Part shown: positions 31,059-40,365 of the stretch, piece by piece
How positions within the stretch are numbered: the first letter of the stretch is position 1
Layout: each line of letters opens with the position of its first letter
DNA from: an uncultured delta proteobacterium
GTDB taxonomy: Bacteria > Desulfobacterota > Binatia > UBA9968
Direction of reading: 5' to 3'
Length of the DNA: 64,000 nucleotides
Assembly (NCBI GenBank): GCA_963760795.1
Contig: CAVXEP010000001.1
Coordinates: 160,001-224,000 of the forward strand
Notes under the pieces: generated by a model
The model's input: only the letters and a program-made list of their open reading frames with translations
What the model was told of the DNA's origin: nothing
Databases searched by the model: none
Made by a program: the position numbers and the translations under genes

Positions 31059-32075
31059 TTAGTTTCCCTTTCCCGCGAAGGCGTAGTTGAGCGCCGCCTT
31101 GGCTCCCGGCAGCGGGCTCTCCAGAGCGAAGCGCGCCGCCGCATCGGTTTCCTGACTGACTTCGGCGTCGAGCTTTTCGAGCTCGCCGCGGCTTATGCCG
31201 GAGCCGGCGAGCTCGCGCACGTAGTTCAAAATCGGATCGTGGTCCTTGTGCCAGTCGCGGACTTTTTCCGGCGCTTTGCTGGCGTCCCAGGCCCAGGCGA
31301 TATCGGTCGTGCCACCGACAAGCTTGGGCATATTGAACGCGTTGCCCGGCCAGAGATGGGTGCGCGCCTCGACGAACAGCGGCCCTTCGCCTTTGCGCAC
31401 GCGGCCGACGATATCTTTCGCCGTCTTGTGCACCGTGCCGACATCGATGCCGTCGATGACGGTGGTCTCTACGTTCAAAGCTTTCGGCACGTTGGTGAGC
31501 TCCGTCGCCGCATGGCCTGCGCCGCGGCCGGTGCGGCGATAATTATTTTCCATCCAGAAGATCATTGGTAACTTCCAGAGCTTGGCGATGTTCAACGCTT
31601 CGTAAAACACGCCTTCCTCCATGGCTCCGTCTCCGAAAAAAACCACGGTGATCGCTTTGCTCTCTTTGACCTGCGCGGCGTAAGCGGTGCCGCCAGCCAG
31701 CGCGAGACAGCCGCCGACAATCGCGGAAGTGTGGATGACGCCGACTTCAGGCGCGGCGACGTGAAATGTCCCGGCGCGCCCTTGGCAGTAGCCGGTGGCG
31801 CGGCCGATAATCTCGGCCAGGACTTTCTTCGGGTCGCCGCCCTTGGCGATGACATGGCCGTGATTGCGATGGGTGGTGAAAACATAATCGTCGGCGTTGA
31901 GCCAGTCGCACACCGATACACCGGTGGCTTCCTGGCCGATGTACACATGAAAGTGACCGCGGATCAGACCGGTGTGTTCGTCGTTGAAGCGGATGCAATG
32001 TTCTTCGGCACGCCGGATCATCAGCATCCGGCGCAGAATGGCCAACTGCTTGTCTCGGGAAATCTCGGGTAGCAT
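31059..32075 (-). CDS. TPP-dependent dehydrogenase E1 alpha
   Basis: GHFHVYIGQEA, THRNHGH, GDGA...ENN TPP motif. Confidence 0.92.
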   Translation of the reverse strand: MLPEISRDKQLAILRRMLMIRRAEEHCIRFNDEHTGLIRGHFHVYIGQEATGVSVCDWLNADDYVFTTHRNHGHVIAKGGDPKKVLAEIIGRATGYCQGRAGTFHVAAPEVGVIHTSAIVGGCLALAGGTAYAAQVKESKAITVVFFGDGAMEEGVFYEALNIAKLWKLPMIFWMENNYRRTGRGAGHAATELTNVPKALNVETTVIDGIDVGTVHKTAKDIVGRVRKGEGPLFVEARTHLWPGNAFNMPKLVGGTTDIAWAWDASKAPEKVRDWHKDHDPILNYVRELAGSGISRGELEKLDAEVSQETDAAARFALESPLPGAKAALNYAFAGKGN

Positions 32076-32238
32076 GGGTTCCTCCCTAGTTGGTTACGTT
32101 TGGTGCATACTTACTGCCGGTGTTGAAGAATTGCAAAGTGAAAAAAGGAGAATGGAGCATTGATAATTGAGAACGGTGGGAGCAGGGCAATAGGAAAAAT
32201 GCCAACGGCAAAAATTAAGCAGGACCTTTTGTCTACCA

Positions 32239-33264
32239 CTAGGCGGTTAAGTTTAGTTCTCGTCTTACGATCTCTGCCCCTTGGACTAACGTGCGCAGTT
32301 TGGCGAAGGCTACTTGACGTGGTAAATGCCACATGCCGCAGTCGGGGGCGAGATTGAGGCGTTGCGGTGGGACGAATTCCAGGGTGGCGCGGGTGCATTG
32401 GGCGATCGTTTGCGGCTCTTCGATATTTTCCGTGGCGAGGTCGAGGACGCCGAGGATTACGCCTTTGTCGCCGCAATGTTTGAGTAACTCCGGCTTATGC
32501 TTGGGCTGGGCGTATTCGATTGAGATCCATCGCACTTGCGGGCACGCCGTCAAGGTTTCAAGGGCGTTGGCGTAGGCGGGATCGGCTTGCTTATTGGGAA
32601 AGCGGTAAGCGTAGCCATAGCAGACATGGACGGCCACCGGTGTTGTGATGCCTTCCAACGCGCGCTCTAGAGCTTCGCCGGCGTAGCGCATTAAAGGACC
32701 GGGGTTGGTGTATATCACCGGCTCGTCGAGTTGTAGTAGATCGCAGCCTTCGGCTTGGAGCGCGCGCAGCTCGGCGTTGATCGCGCCGGCACAGGCGAGC
32801 AGCAGCGCTTTGTCGTCGCGATAGTATTCGTCGGCTAGCCGCCGCGCCGCGGTAAGCGGGCCGACCACGGTCATTTTTACCGGCCGATCGCTGGCGGCTT
32901 TCAAGAAGCGCAGATCGTCGAGGACGCGCGGTTGCGATAATTCGATGGGGCCGATTACGCGGGGATATTCCGTCATCACGCCGCGCCGTTGGTTGGTGAC
33001 CCTGACCATGTTCAACGCATCGACGCCTTGCCAACCGATGGCGAAGTGACGCGCGAAGTTGAGCCGGCGCCCCTCGCCGTCGGACACGAGATCGAGTCCG
33101 GCGCGCTCCTGGTCGTAGATCGCCAAGCGCACCGCATCGTCCTGGGCATCGGCGAGCACTTCAGAGTCGGCGCGCCAGCTTTCGCCATGCTTTCGCAGGA
33201 GCCAAGACGGTTTCGTGTAACTTCCGACCAGTTGGGTAGCGAGCGCTTGAGGCCAGTGGCTCAT
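32239..33264 (-). CDS. Cobalamin-independent methionine synthase II family protein
   Basis: LVGSYTKP, QERAGLDLVSDGE, QLDEP, HVCYG, APDCGM; AGGAGG RBS. Confidence 0.9.
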   Translation of the reverse strand: MSHWPQALATQLVGSYTKPSWLLRKHGESWRADSEVLADAQDDAVRLAIYDQERAGLDLVSDGEGRRLNFARHFAIGWQGVDALNMVRVTNQRRGVMTEYPRVIGPIELSQPRVLDDLRFLKAASDRPVKMTVVGPLTAARRLADEYYRDDKALLLACAGAINAELRALQAEGCDLLQLDEPVIYTNPGPLMRYAGEALERALEGITTPVAVHVCYGYAYRFPNKQADPAYANALETLTACPQVRWISIEYAQPKHKPELLKHCGDKGVILGVLDLATENIEEPQTIAQCTRATLEFVPPQRLNLAPDCGMWHLPRQVAFAKLRTLVQGAEIVRRELNLTA

Positions 33265-33515
33265 GGCGGAGTCCTCCTGATAGTGTGACGCGAACCGATT
33301 CATAGCGCGGAACTGACGGCGATTGAAAGAGCGGCGGAGCGGAAACCAAAGAGGAGAAGACATTTCACCAGAGAGGATACAGAGATCGCAGAGTGGAGGA
33401 TTCGGAGTGAGATTGAATTTTCTCGCGGAACCGCCGGCTCGGCTTTACTTGAACTGTCTATAGCTTTCCTTTAGCGTTTACGGAATTTCTGCAAGAAAGT
33501 TGAGTCGTGATATCG

Positions 33516-33854
33516 ATGAATTGTCCAAAATGCCAACCCGCCACGCTGGCGGAGTTTAAGATCGAAGGGGTCTCGGTGGACCGCTGTTCCACTTGCGGCG
33601 GTATATGGTTCGACGCTCAGGAGCTGAGCCGGCTGCTCGCCGAAGATGCGCGCCAAGTGGCGGAGTTGCGCCGGGGCGGTAACGGCGCTCGATTGGATGA
33701 TAAACGGGGCCGCTGTCCGCGCGACTCGGCGGAGCTGCTGCGGATGTACAGCGCCATCGACCGGAGCGTGACCTTGGACGCCTGTGCCGATTGTCATGGC
33801 ATCTGGCTCGATGCCGGCGAATTCGCCAAGCTGTTCGCCGCGCGGCGGCCGTGA
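33516..33854 (+). CDS. Double zinc-ribbon (zf-TFIIB) protein
   Basis: CPKC...DRCSTCGGIWFD and CPRD...DACADCHGIWLD. Confidence 0.85.
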   Translation: MNCPKCQPATLAEFKIEGVSVDRCSTCGGIWFDAQELSRLLAEDARQVAELRRGGNGARLDDKRGRCPRDSAELLRMYSAIDRSVTLDACADCHGIWLDAGEFAKLFAARRP

Positions 33855-34030
33855 GAATTCAATTGTGAGTCGGCGTGGCGCCATGTTAGAAGCCGAAAGA
33901 CTATTCCGGTGAGGAGACTAAGCAAATGGTAAAGCGCGAAGTTGGGTTGGCGCCGCAGGTTGGACCCTGTGACGGCAAAGGCGATGCGCGGCGCGGATGG
34001 CAAATTACAGATTCCAGAATGGGCCATGGG

Positions 34031-35026
34031 ATGATCGCTAAAACCTTTGCTTTCGTTAGATCGCGCGCCAGAGCGTCGCGGCTTTGGCTGTTCGTTCTGT
34101 TAGCGCTAACGCCGTCGACGACCATGGCGGCGCAGGCGGCGCGCGACTTGAAGGAGGTCAAAGTCGCTTATCCGCCGTCGATGGCGTCGGTTACTTTGAT
34201 GACCGGGATCAAGCAGCGATTTTTCGACGAGCAAGGGCTACGGCCGGTTCTGCTCGTCATCTCCAGCGATCTCGCGTTAAAGAGCCAGGTAGTCGGGGAG
34301 ATCGACTACACGCTGTTTGGCGGCGGCTCCGGCATGCTGGCGGCCGCCCAGGGATTGCCGATCAAGAATGTTCATCTGCCGCATAAGTTTGCCGACCTGA
34401 CCCTAGTGGCGCGGCCGGAATTCAAGTCCGTCGCCCAGCTGCGCGGCAAGAAGATCGGCGTCAGCAGCTTCTCCGGCAGCGTTTATTCCTCCACTCGTGC
34501 CATGCTATCGGCGGGCGGTCTCGACCCCGACAAGGATGTGGTGATCATTCCAATGGGCCGGGAGCCGATCCGGCTGCAAGCGCTGTTTGCCGGCAGTATC
34601 GACGCGACGCCGCTGCCCGTGCCGCTGCACGCCATCGCGGAAGAGAAAGGCTACAGCCTGCTCGCCGACATCGAAGGTAAATTCGAAGTGCCGTTCAGCG
34701 GCATCACCGTGACGGATAAGAAACTCAGGGAGAATGCCGATGAGGTGAAGCGATTTATTCGCGCGATGGTCAAGGCCGGCAGTTTTTTCCTGAGCCATCG
34801 CAGCGAGTCGGTGGCACTCTACATGGACTGGTTGAAACTTTCGAAATCGATCGCTGAGAACGCTTACACGCGATCGATCAAGACCGTCAGCCCGGATGGC
34901 TTGGGCAAGGATAGCGCGATCAAGAATCAACTCGGGCTGATCAAGCAGACCACGGGGAAAGACGTGAAGCCGGAGGATGTCATCGATTTTACCCTGTTGC
35001 GGCAAGTGTTGGCGGAAGTGAAATGA
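34031..35026 (+). CDS. NMT1/SsuA-type ABC substrate-binding protein
   Basis: Signal peptide; FFDEQGL, LRGKKIGVS, GLDPDKDV; start uncertain. Confidence 0.85.
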   Translation: MIAKTFAFVRSRARASRLWLFVLLALTPSTTMAAQAARDLKEVKVAYPPSMASVTLMTGIKQRFFDEQGLRPVLLVISSDLALKSQVVGEIDYTLFGGGSGMLAAAQGLPIKNVHLPHKFADLTLVARPEFKSVAQLRGKKIGVSSFSGSVYSSTRAMLSAGGLDPDKDVVIIPMGREPIRLQALFAGSIDATPLPVPLHAIAEEKGYSLLADIEGKFEVPFSGITVTDKKLRENADEVKRFIRAMVKAGSFFLSHRSESVALYMDWLKLSKSIAENAYTRSIKTVSPDGLGKDSAIKNQLGLIKQTTGKDVKPEDVIDFTLLRQVLAEVK

Positions 35027-36138
35027 CGAAGCCGCAACCAAAAAGAAGAATGGCCGCAAAGAACGCAAAGGGCGCAAAAGAATCGGAGTCGATGACTGCG
35101 GACAACGAAAGAGCTTTGCGCACGAAAAAACTCCGGCTGCATAGCCGCGCGGTCATCTTACTCGCTGTGATTCTGTTCGCCTGGGCCGGCGTCGCTGCCG
35201 CGCAGACCGTCGTATTAAAACCGGAAAAAAACCGCCTGGAAGTCGCGATGGCGGGTACCGGTTCAACGAGCTTGCCCTTGTTGGTGACTTTGGAAAGCGG
35301 CTATTTCAGCAAGCGCGGTCTCACCGTCAATCTCAATCAAGTCAGCGCCAGTGTGTCGGTGCAGGGCGTGATCTCCGGCACCATCGACATTTACCAAGGC
35401 GGCGCGGCGGCGATCGCCGGCAATCTCGCCGGCGCGGATATCATTTACGTCGCCGCCGCCGTCGACAAAAGCTCGCTCAATCTGTTCGGTCAGAAGGGCA
35501 TCACGACGTTTGAAGCGCTGCGTGGCAAGGCGATCTCGACCACGTCGCCGGGCGCATTCGGCGAAATCGCCGTCCGTGGCACGGCTCGCCGTATGGGTTT
35601 GGAGATGGGCAAGGATATTAAGCTGCTCTACCATCGCACGCCGGCGGAAGCGCTCTCGACATTTCTCCTCGGCAACGCCGAAGGGCTGGTGATCACGCCG
35701 CCGCAGACCGATATGGCCAAGCAAAAGGGCTATCCAATGATCATCGATTATTTCAAAGAGGGCTTCAAAATCATCGGACCGGGAACTTCGCTGACGCGCG
35801 AGTTCGCGCAGAAATATCCTAATACAATCAAGGCCTATTTGATGGCTTATCTCGACGGCCTGCGGCGGACCATCGACGACGAGGAGTACGCCAAGAAGAT
35901 CTGCGCGAAATATACCAAGTTGACCGATGTAAATATTTTGACTGAAACCTATCAGCAGGGGTTACGCGTGTGGAACCGCGATATGACCGTCGACCCGGCG
36001 GCGATCCGTAACGTGCTCGACGACTCGTCCGATGGCAAAGCCAAGAACGCCGACCCGAAACGGTTTTACGACAACTCGCTGATTCAACAGGTCAACCGCG
36101 ATCATGCCGCGAAGCTGTTTCCCGGGGAAATTCGCTAG
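35023..36138 (+). CDS. NMT1/SsuA-type substrate-binding protein
   Basis: GYFSKRGL, LRGKAIST; paralog of 36197; start uncertain. Confidence 0.85.
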   Translation: MTKPQPKRRMAAKNAKGAKESESMTADNERALRTKKLRLHSRAVILLAVILFAWAGVAAAQTVVLKPEKNRLEVAMAGTGSTSLPLLVTLESGYFSKRGLTVNLNQVSASVSVQGVISGTIDIYQGGAAAIAGNLAGADIIYVAAAVDKSSLNLFGQKGITTFEALRGKAISTTSPGAFGEIAVRGTARRMGLEMGKDIKLLYHRTPAEALSTFLLGNAEGLVITPPQTDMAKQKGYPMIIDYFKEGFKIIGPGTSLTREFAQKYPNTIKAYLMAYLDGLRRTIDDEEYAKKICAKYTKLTDVNILTETYQQGLRVWNRDMTVDPAAIRNVLDDSSDGKAKNADPKRFYDNSLIQQVNRDHAAKLFPGEIR

Positions 36139-36196
36139 AAGAAGTAAGGGTGAGGGGTAAGGAGTAGAAGTCAGGAGTCAGGAGGTTGAGCGGTTT

Positions 36197-37204
36197 ATGG
36201 TTATGAGATTTTCACTTCGGGGAATTGTCTGGGGGTCGGCGCTGCTGGCCTTTTTCATTGCCAATGCCGGTGCGCAGACGGGCAAGCCGGAAAAGAAGAG
36301 TCTCGATATCGCCGTGGCGGCGTTCGCCCATACGACGATGCCGCTTTTGATCGCCCATGAGGCGGGCTATTTCGCGAAATACGGGCTCAGTGTGAACATC
36401 AGCGCGGTCAGCGCAGCTGTCGCAGTGCAGGGGTTGATCTCCAGCAAGATCGATATTTACCAGGGCGGGTCGGCGGCGATGATGGCGACGCTCGCCGGTG
36501 CGGATATTATTTATGTCGCCGCCGGCGTCGATAAGAGTTCGCTCATGCTGTTCGGCCAGAAAGGCGTCACCAGCTTCGATGCCTTGCGCGGCAAGACGGT
36601 GGCGACGACCTCGCCCGGCGCTTTCGGCGAGATCGCCATGCGCGGGACGGCACGGAAGTACGGTATGGAGATTCCCAAGGACATCAAGTTGATGTTTCAC
36701 GGTACGCCCGCGCAGGCGTATTCGACGTTTACGATGGGCAACTCTGACGCCATGATCAACACGCCGCCGCAATCCGACATTGCCAAGCAAAAGGGCTATC
36801 CGGTGATCGTCGATTTCTACAAGGAAGGATTGAAAATCATCGGCCCTGGCACCGCGGTGACGCGCGAGTTCGCGCAAAAAAATCCCAACACCATCAGAGC
36901 ATTTTTGATGGGACTGTTGGACGGCGTTAAACGCGCCATCGACGACGAAGAGTATGCCAGCAAGCTCGAATCAAAATACTCCAAAGTCACCGACGCCAAA
37001 ATCCTCGCTGATAATTACCAACAAGGATTGCGTGTCTGGAACAAGGATCTGACCGTCGATCCGGCGGCGATCCGGGTCGTGCTCGACGATGCGCCGGATG
37101 GCCGAGGCAAGGGCGCCGATCCGAAACGCTTCTACGACAATTCGTTTATTCAGGCGGTGAACCGCGACTATGCGTCGAAGCTGTTTCCAGGGGAAGTTAA
37201 ATAA
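36197..37204 (+). CDS. NMT1/SsuA-type substrate-binding protein (tandem paralog)
   Basis: Signal peptide; shares IDIYQGG, TSPGAFGEIA, DPKRFYDNS, KLFPGE with the upstream gene. Confidence 0.88.
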   Translation: MVMRFSLRGIVWGSALLAFFIANAGAQTGKPEKKSLDIAVAAFAHTTMPLLIAHEAGYFAKYGLSVNISAVSAAVAVQGLISSKIDIYQGGSAAMMATLAGADIIYVAAGVDKSSLMLFGQKGVTSFDALRGKTVATTSPGAFGEIAMRGTARKYGMEIPKDIKLMFHGTPAQAYSTFTMGNSDAMINTPPQSDIAKQKGYPVIVDFYKEGLKIIGPGTAVTREFAQKNPNTIRAFLMGLLDGVKRAIDDEEYASKLESKYSKVTDAKILADNYQQGLRVWNKDLTVDPAAIRVVLDDAPDGRGKGADPKRFYDNSFIQAVNRDYASKLFPGEVK

Positions 37205-37364
37205 GCGGCAAGGTCGGTGGTAATACTGGCAATCGTTGTCGCTAAATGCACTCGAAAAGGCAAAATCCCGCCACCAGCGTTGGAACAATGGACCGTTGAT
37301 CGCTTAATATTTGCCATGAGAGAAACGGTCACAGAGCCGGCTCTGTGAAGATGGAACGAGCGCG

Positions 37365-37736
37365 ATGACTCTTGAGAAGGCGGTAATATCGTATTCAGTG
37401 GTTCTTATTGTGCTGCTGGCACTAATGGTCTGGATGCTATTGCGGCACTGGGCGGTGAAGCGGCGCAAAGCCCAGGCGGCCAACCCAGGCGCCGGCGCGG
37501 TCGAGCAAACGGGATCGCGACCTATAGATTGGAGCGGCACGATAAGTAAATTGCGGCCGGACAATGTTCTCACCGGTGAGATGTGGGTGAAGGCGAGCAT
37601 CGCAGCTTTCATTGCGCTTTGCGCCGGCACCATCGTTGTTGTGTTCGTTTTTCCGCTCGGCGCGGCGGCGGCGGCGATTGCCTCCTTTGCCGCGGTGGCC
37701 GTAATCGTCGGTCTATTTCTAATCCTGCTGGACTAA
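37365..37736 (+). CDS. Hypothetical membrane protein (3 TM)
   Basis: Three hydrophobic segments. Confidence 0.6.
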   Translation: MTLEKAVISYSVVLIVLLALMVWMLLRHWAVKRRKAQAANPGAGAVEQTGSRPIDWSGTISKLRPDNVLTGEMWVKASIAAFIALCAGTIVVVFVFPLGAAAAAIASFAAVAVIVGLFLILLD

Positions 37737-37755
37737 ACGTTATTTTAGCCGCCGA

Positions 37756-38931
37756 TTAATTTCGGGTTGGCAAGTAAGCTACCGAATCGATTTCCACGGA
37801 GCAGCGCGGCGATAGCTCGTCGACGACCACGGTTAAGCCAGCGGGCATGGTGCGCGAGCGGCTGTGGGCGGCGAAGAAGCTTTGATAGGCTTCGGCGAAT
37901 TCAACGCGATTAGATCCTTCAACTAAATACACAGTGGTCTTGACGATATCGTTGAGAGTGCCGCCGGCGGCTTCGACGATGTCTTTGCTGTGGCGCAGTG
38001 TCGCTTCGGTTTGGCCGGCGAGGCTGCCTTCACATTCCACCACCCGGTCGAACGTTACGGCATCTTGGCCCGCGAGCAGTAGCCAATCGCCAACCCGCAC
38101 CGATTGCGAGAAAGAACCGGGCGCTAAGCGCACCTGGGGACTGGTGACTATCTTCTGCTCACCGCGGTAGGCGATGGCCATGGAGCGCAACAGGATGTTT
38201 TCGCCGAGGCTGCGGATGTAGATGCCGGAGTTGGGCGGGTAAGCATCGTCGGTGAATACGCCTTGGTAAACTTTCTTGCGCGCCTCGCCGTAGCCGGGAC
38301 GGTGCTCGGTGCCGGGCATGAACATGAAGGTGCGGCAGAGATTGCCGAGGCCGAGTTTGTGTCTGGCGAGAATCTTGCTGATGCGCGTGAGGACTTCGGT
38401 GGTTTGGCTTTGAATTGACGACGGCGCGGCGATACGTCCGTCGCCATTTGCGGCGTCGGTACCAGAGAGAAAAACCCAATCGTCGACGCGCACGCCGTGA
38501 CAACCGGCGCCGATGGACAGCGGCAGATCGGCGATGTGAAATGTTTCGCGATCTTCGCTGCTGGTGGCGATGGCATCCATACGCACTAGGCAGCCGCCGT
38601 CGAGGCCATTGACGCCGACGAAATTTACAGCTGGCGCATCGTTGCCGAAGCGATCTCGCAGCGTCTTGGCCACGGCGGCAGCATCGTGGTAGTCGGAAAG
38701 ATATACCGCGAGACTTATCAGGTCAGCCGATGATTGGCCGCAGGCGCGCAGCCCCATGTCGAGATTGACAAGACATTGGCGTGCTTGTTGTTCAGCGGAC
38801 AGCGCGGCTCCGACGGTGCCATCCGGGCCGCGCGCATCTTGGGCGAGGAATGTGAATTCACCTGCCTGGACGCCTTGGCTAAATAGATTGGTTTCGGAGA
38901 AAAGGGTTTTCTGCTCTATGGTTTGTGGCAT
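37756..38931 (-). CDS. RidA/YjgF family protein with three tandem domains
   Basis: Three FSQ/xGVRV..GQD...QT..L...IVKTTVYL repeats; C-terminal VEID. Confidence 0.85.
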   Translation of the reverse strand: MPQTIEQKTLFSETNLFSQGVQAGEFTFLAQDARGPDGTVGAALSAEQQARQCLVNLDMGLRACGQSSADLISLAVYLSDYHDAAAVAKTLRDRFGNDAPAVNFVGVNGLDGGCLVRMDAIATSSEDRETFHIADLPLSIGAGCHGVRVDDWVFLSGTDAANGDGRIAAPSSIQSQTTEVLTRISKILARHKLGLGNLCRTFMFMPGTEHRPGYGEARKKVYQGVFTDDAYPPNSGIYIRSLGENILLRSMAIAYRGEQKIVTSPQVRLAPGSFSQSVRVGDWLLLAGQDAVTFDRVVECEGSLAGQTEATLRHSKDIVEAAGGTLNDIVKTTVYLVEGSNRVEFAEAYQSFFAAHSRSRTMPAGLTVVVDELSPRCSVEIDSVAYLPTRN

Positions 38932-38997
38932 GGGTTTTTGTCACCTGCCGACGGCAACCACGGGGACTGACTTACGAAATCGACGCGGTGGAACCTA

Positions 38998-39660
38998 TCA
39001 ATGGCCGTGGTTTTCCCACACGGACATGCCGGCCCGGCAGCACAGGGCGTCTTGTTCGGGACGGTTGGCGCCGGCGATGCCGATGGCGCCGACGATGGTG
39101 ACGCCGTTGACGATCGGCAGGGCGCCGGCTACCGGTAAGATCTTGCCGCGATGCGAAATCATTAGGCTGCGCAGCCAGGGCTGGCGCGCTTGCGGCACCA
39201 ATTCAGTAGTTGAGACGTGAAACGCGGCGGCGGTGTAGGCCTTGTTGAACGCCAGCTCGGCGCTTCTCGCTTCGGCCTTGTCCATCTTGCCGACCGCTAT
39301 GGGTGCGCCGGCCTCATCGACCACCACGGCGGTGATCGCGCTGCCGACCAGGCTGGCGTACTCTTGGGCGGACTCGATCATCGCCCAAGCGGTAGCGAAG
39401 GGCACCGGGCCGATGGCCGCTTTGTTCTGGCGGAAGAATGCCGCGTTAACTTCGATGGCGTAGGCGTATTGGGCGGGAATATCCACGTCTTTGAATATCG
39501 CGTCCACTGGGCAGACGATCTCGCACTGCTCGCAGTCGATGCAGACTTCAGGGTCGACGTAGAATTGCGGCGCACCCGGTTTGGTGTGGATGCAAGCCAC
39601 CGGACAAACTTCGACGCAGGCGCCGTCGTTGGTACAAAGTTCGGTGATGATGTAGGGCAC
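38998..39660 (-). CDS. Ferredoxin (dicluster) fused to a GlcG/HbpS heme-binding domain
   Basis: CTNDGACVEVCP and CIDCEQCEIVCP; then AVVVDEAG, NKAYTAA, VGAIGIAG..QD. Confidence 0.88.
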   Translation of the reverse strand: MPYIITELCTNDGACVEVCPVACIHTKPGAPQFYVDPEVCIDCEQCEIVCPVDAIFKDVDIPAQYAYAIEVNAAFFRQNKAAIGPVPFATAWAMIESAQEYASLVGSAITAVVVDEAGAPIAVGKMDKAEARSAELAFNKAYTAAAFHVSTTELVPQARQPWLRSLMISHRGKILPVAGALPIVNGVTIVGAIGIAGANRPEQDALCCRAGMSVWENHGH

Positions 39661-39680
39661 TGGGGTCCTCGCTTCGCTCG

Positions 39681-39760
39681 AAATATCAAATTACAGATTC
39701 CAAATTACATATTCCAGAGTTCAAATCGGCAATTTGAAATCTGAAATTTGTAATTTGTAA
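39681..39760. repeat. 7-bp-period repeat arranged as an inverted pair
   Basis: TCAAATT-ACAGATT-CCAAATT-ACATATT ... AATTTGA-AATCTGA-AATTTGT-AATTTGT. Confidence 0.7.
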
Positions 39761-39771
39761 TCGCCGCAGCG

Positions 39772-40365
39772 CTAGCCGTCGGCGGCTAGCGGCAGATCGG
39801 TGTAGATCGCATCGGCAACGTAAACCTCGGTGCCAAATTCGCGGCTGACCAGCCGGCCATTGCCATTCAATGTCCCCAAGCCTGCTTTGGCGGCCAGCGC
39901 GTCCACGTTGGCATCGCGCACTACTGTGGCGCGAAAGCCCAATTCGCGAATCCATGAACTCAAAACAAAAGTGATGAACAAGCCGTTTTGCACCGGCATT
40001 TGGCCGCCGATGCCTTTGGCTTGGCGCGGGTCGTAGTCGGCATGGACGGCGCACAGGATAGCAAACGGAAATTCGTTGCTTTCGCCATTGCCCGGTGGCG
40101 CGAGGGGGCGAGGGGAACGATCGTCAAGCTTGGCGATGCCGATCAGCTCCGTGCCGAAGTACTTCGCCATGCCTTTGACATGGCTGGAGGTGATCTCGGG
40201 CGTGTGCAGCTCGGCTTTATTGGGGAAAATATTCCCCGCCGGTGCATTGCGGATCAGTTCCGTCACCGTATTAGTCAGATCGGCGGGCGGCGTATTGATG
40301 AAAAACTCCCAGAAGGGATCGTCCTTATGAGAGTTCTTGCCGGGCCAGGGAAACTTCAAAGCCAC
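39772..40365 (-). CDS. Short reductive-dehalogenase-fold protein (B12 domain, no Fe-S motifs)
   Basis: HVKGMAKYFGTELIGIA, WIRELGF, AGLGTLNGNG, YTDLPL, then stop. Confidence 0.75.
   Translation of the reverse strand: MALKFPWPGKNSHKDDPFWEFFINTPPADLTNTVTELIRNAPAGNIFPNKAELHTPEITSSHVKGMAKYFGTELIGIAKLDDRSPRPLAPPGNGESNEFPFAILCAVHADYDPRQAKGIGGQMPVQNGLFITFVLSSWIRELGFRATVVRDANVDALAAKAGLGTLNGNGRLVSREFGTEVYVADAIYTDLPLAADG

Noticed and set aside
33265-33500. SAM or B12 riboswitch upstream of the MetE-like gene
   Set aside because: No conserved aptamer motifs seen; the region holds a 9-mer repeat instead.
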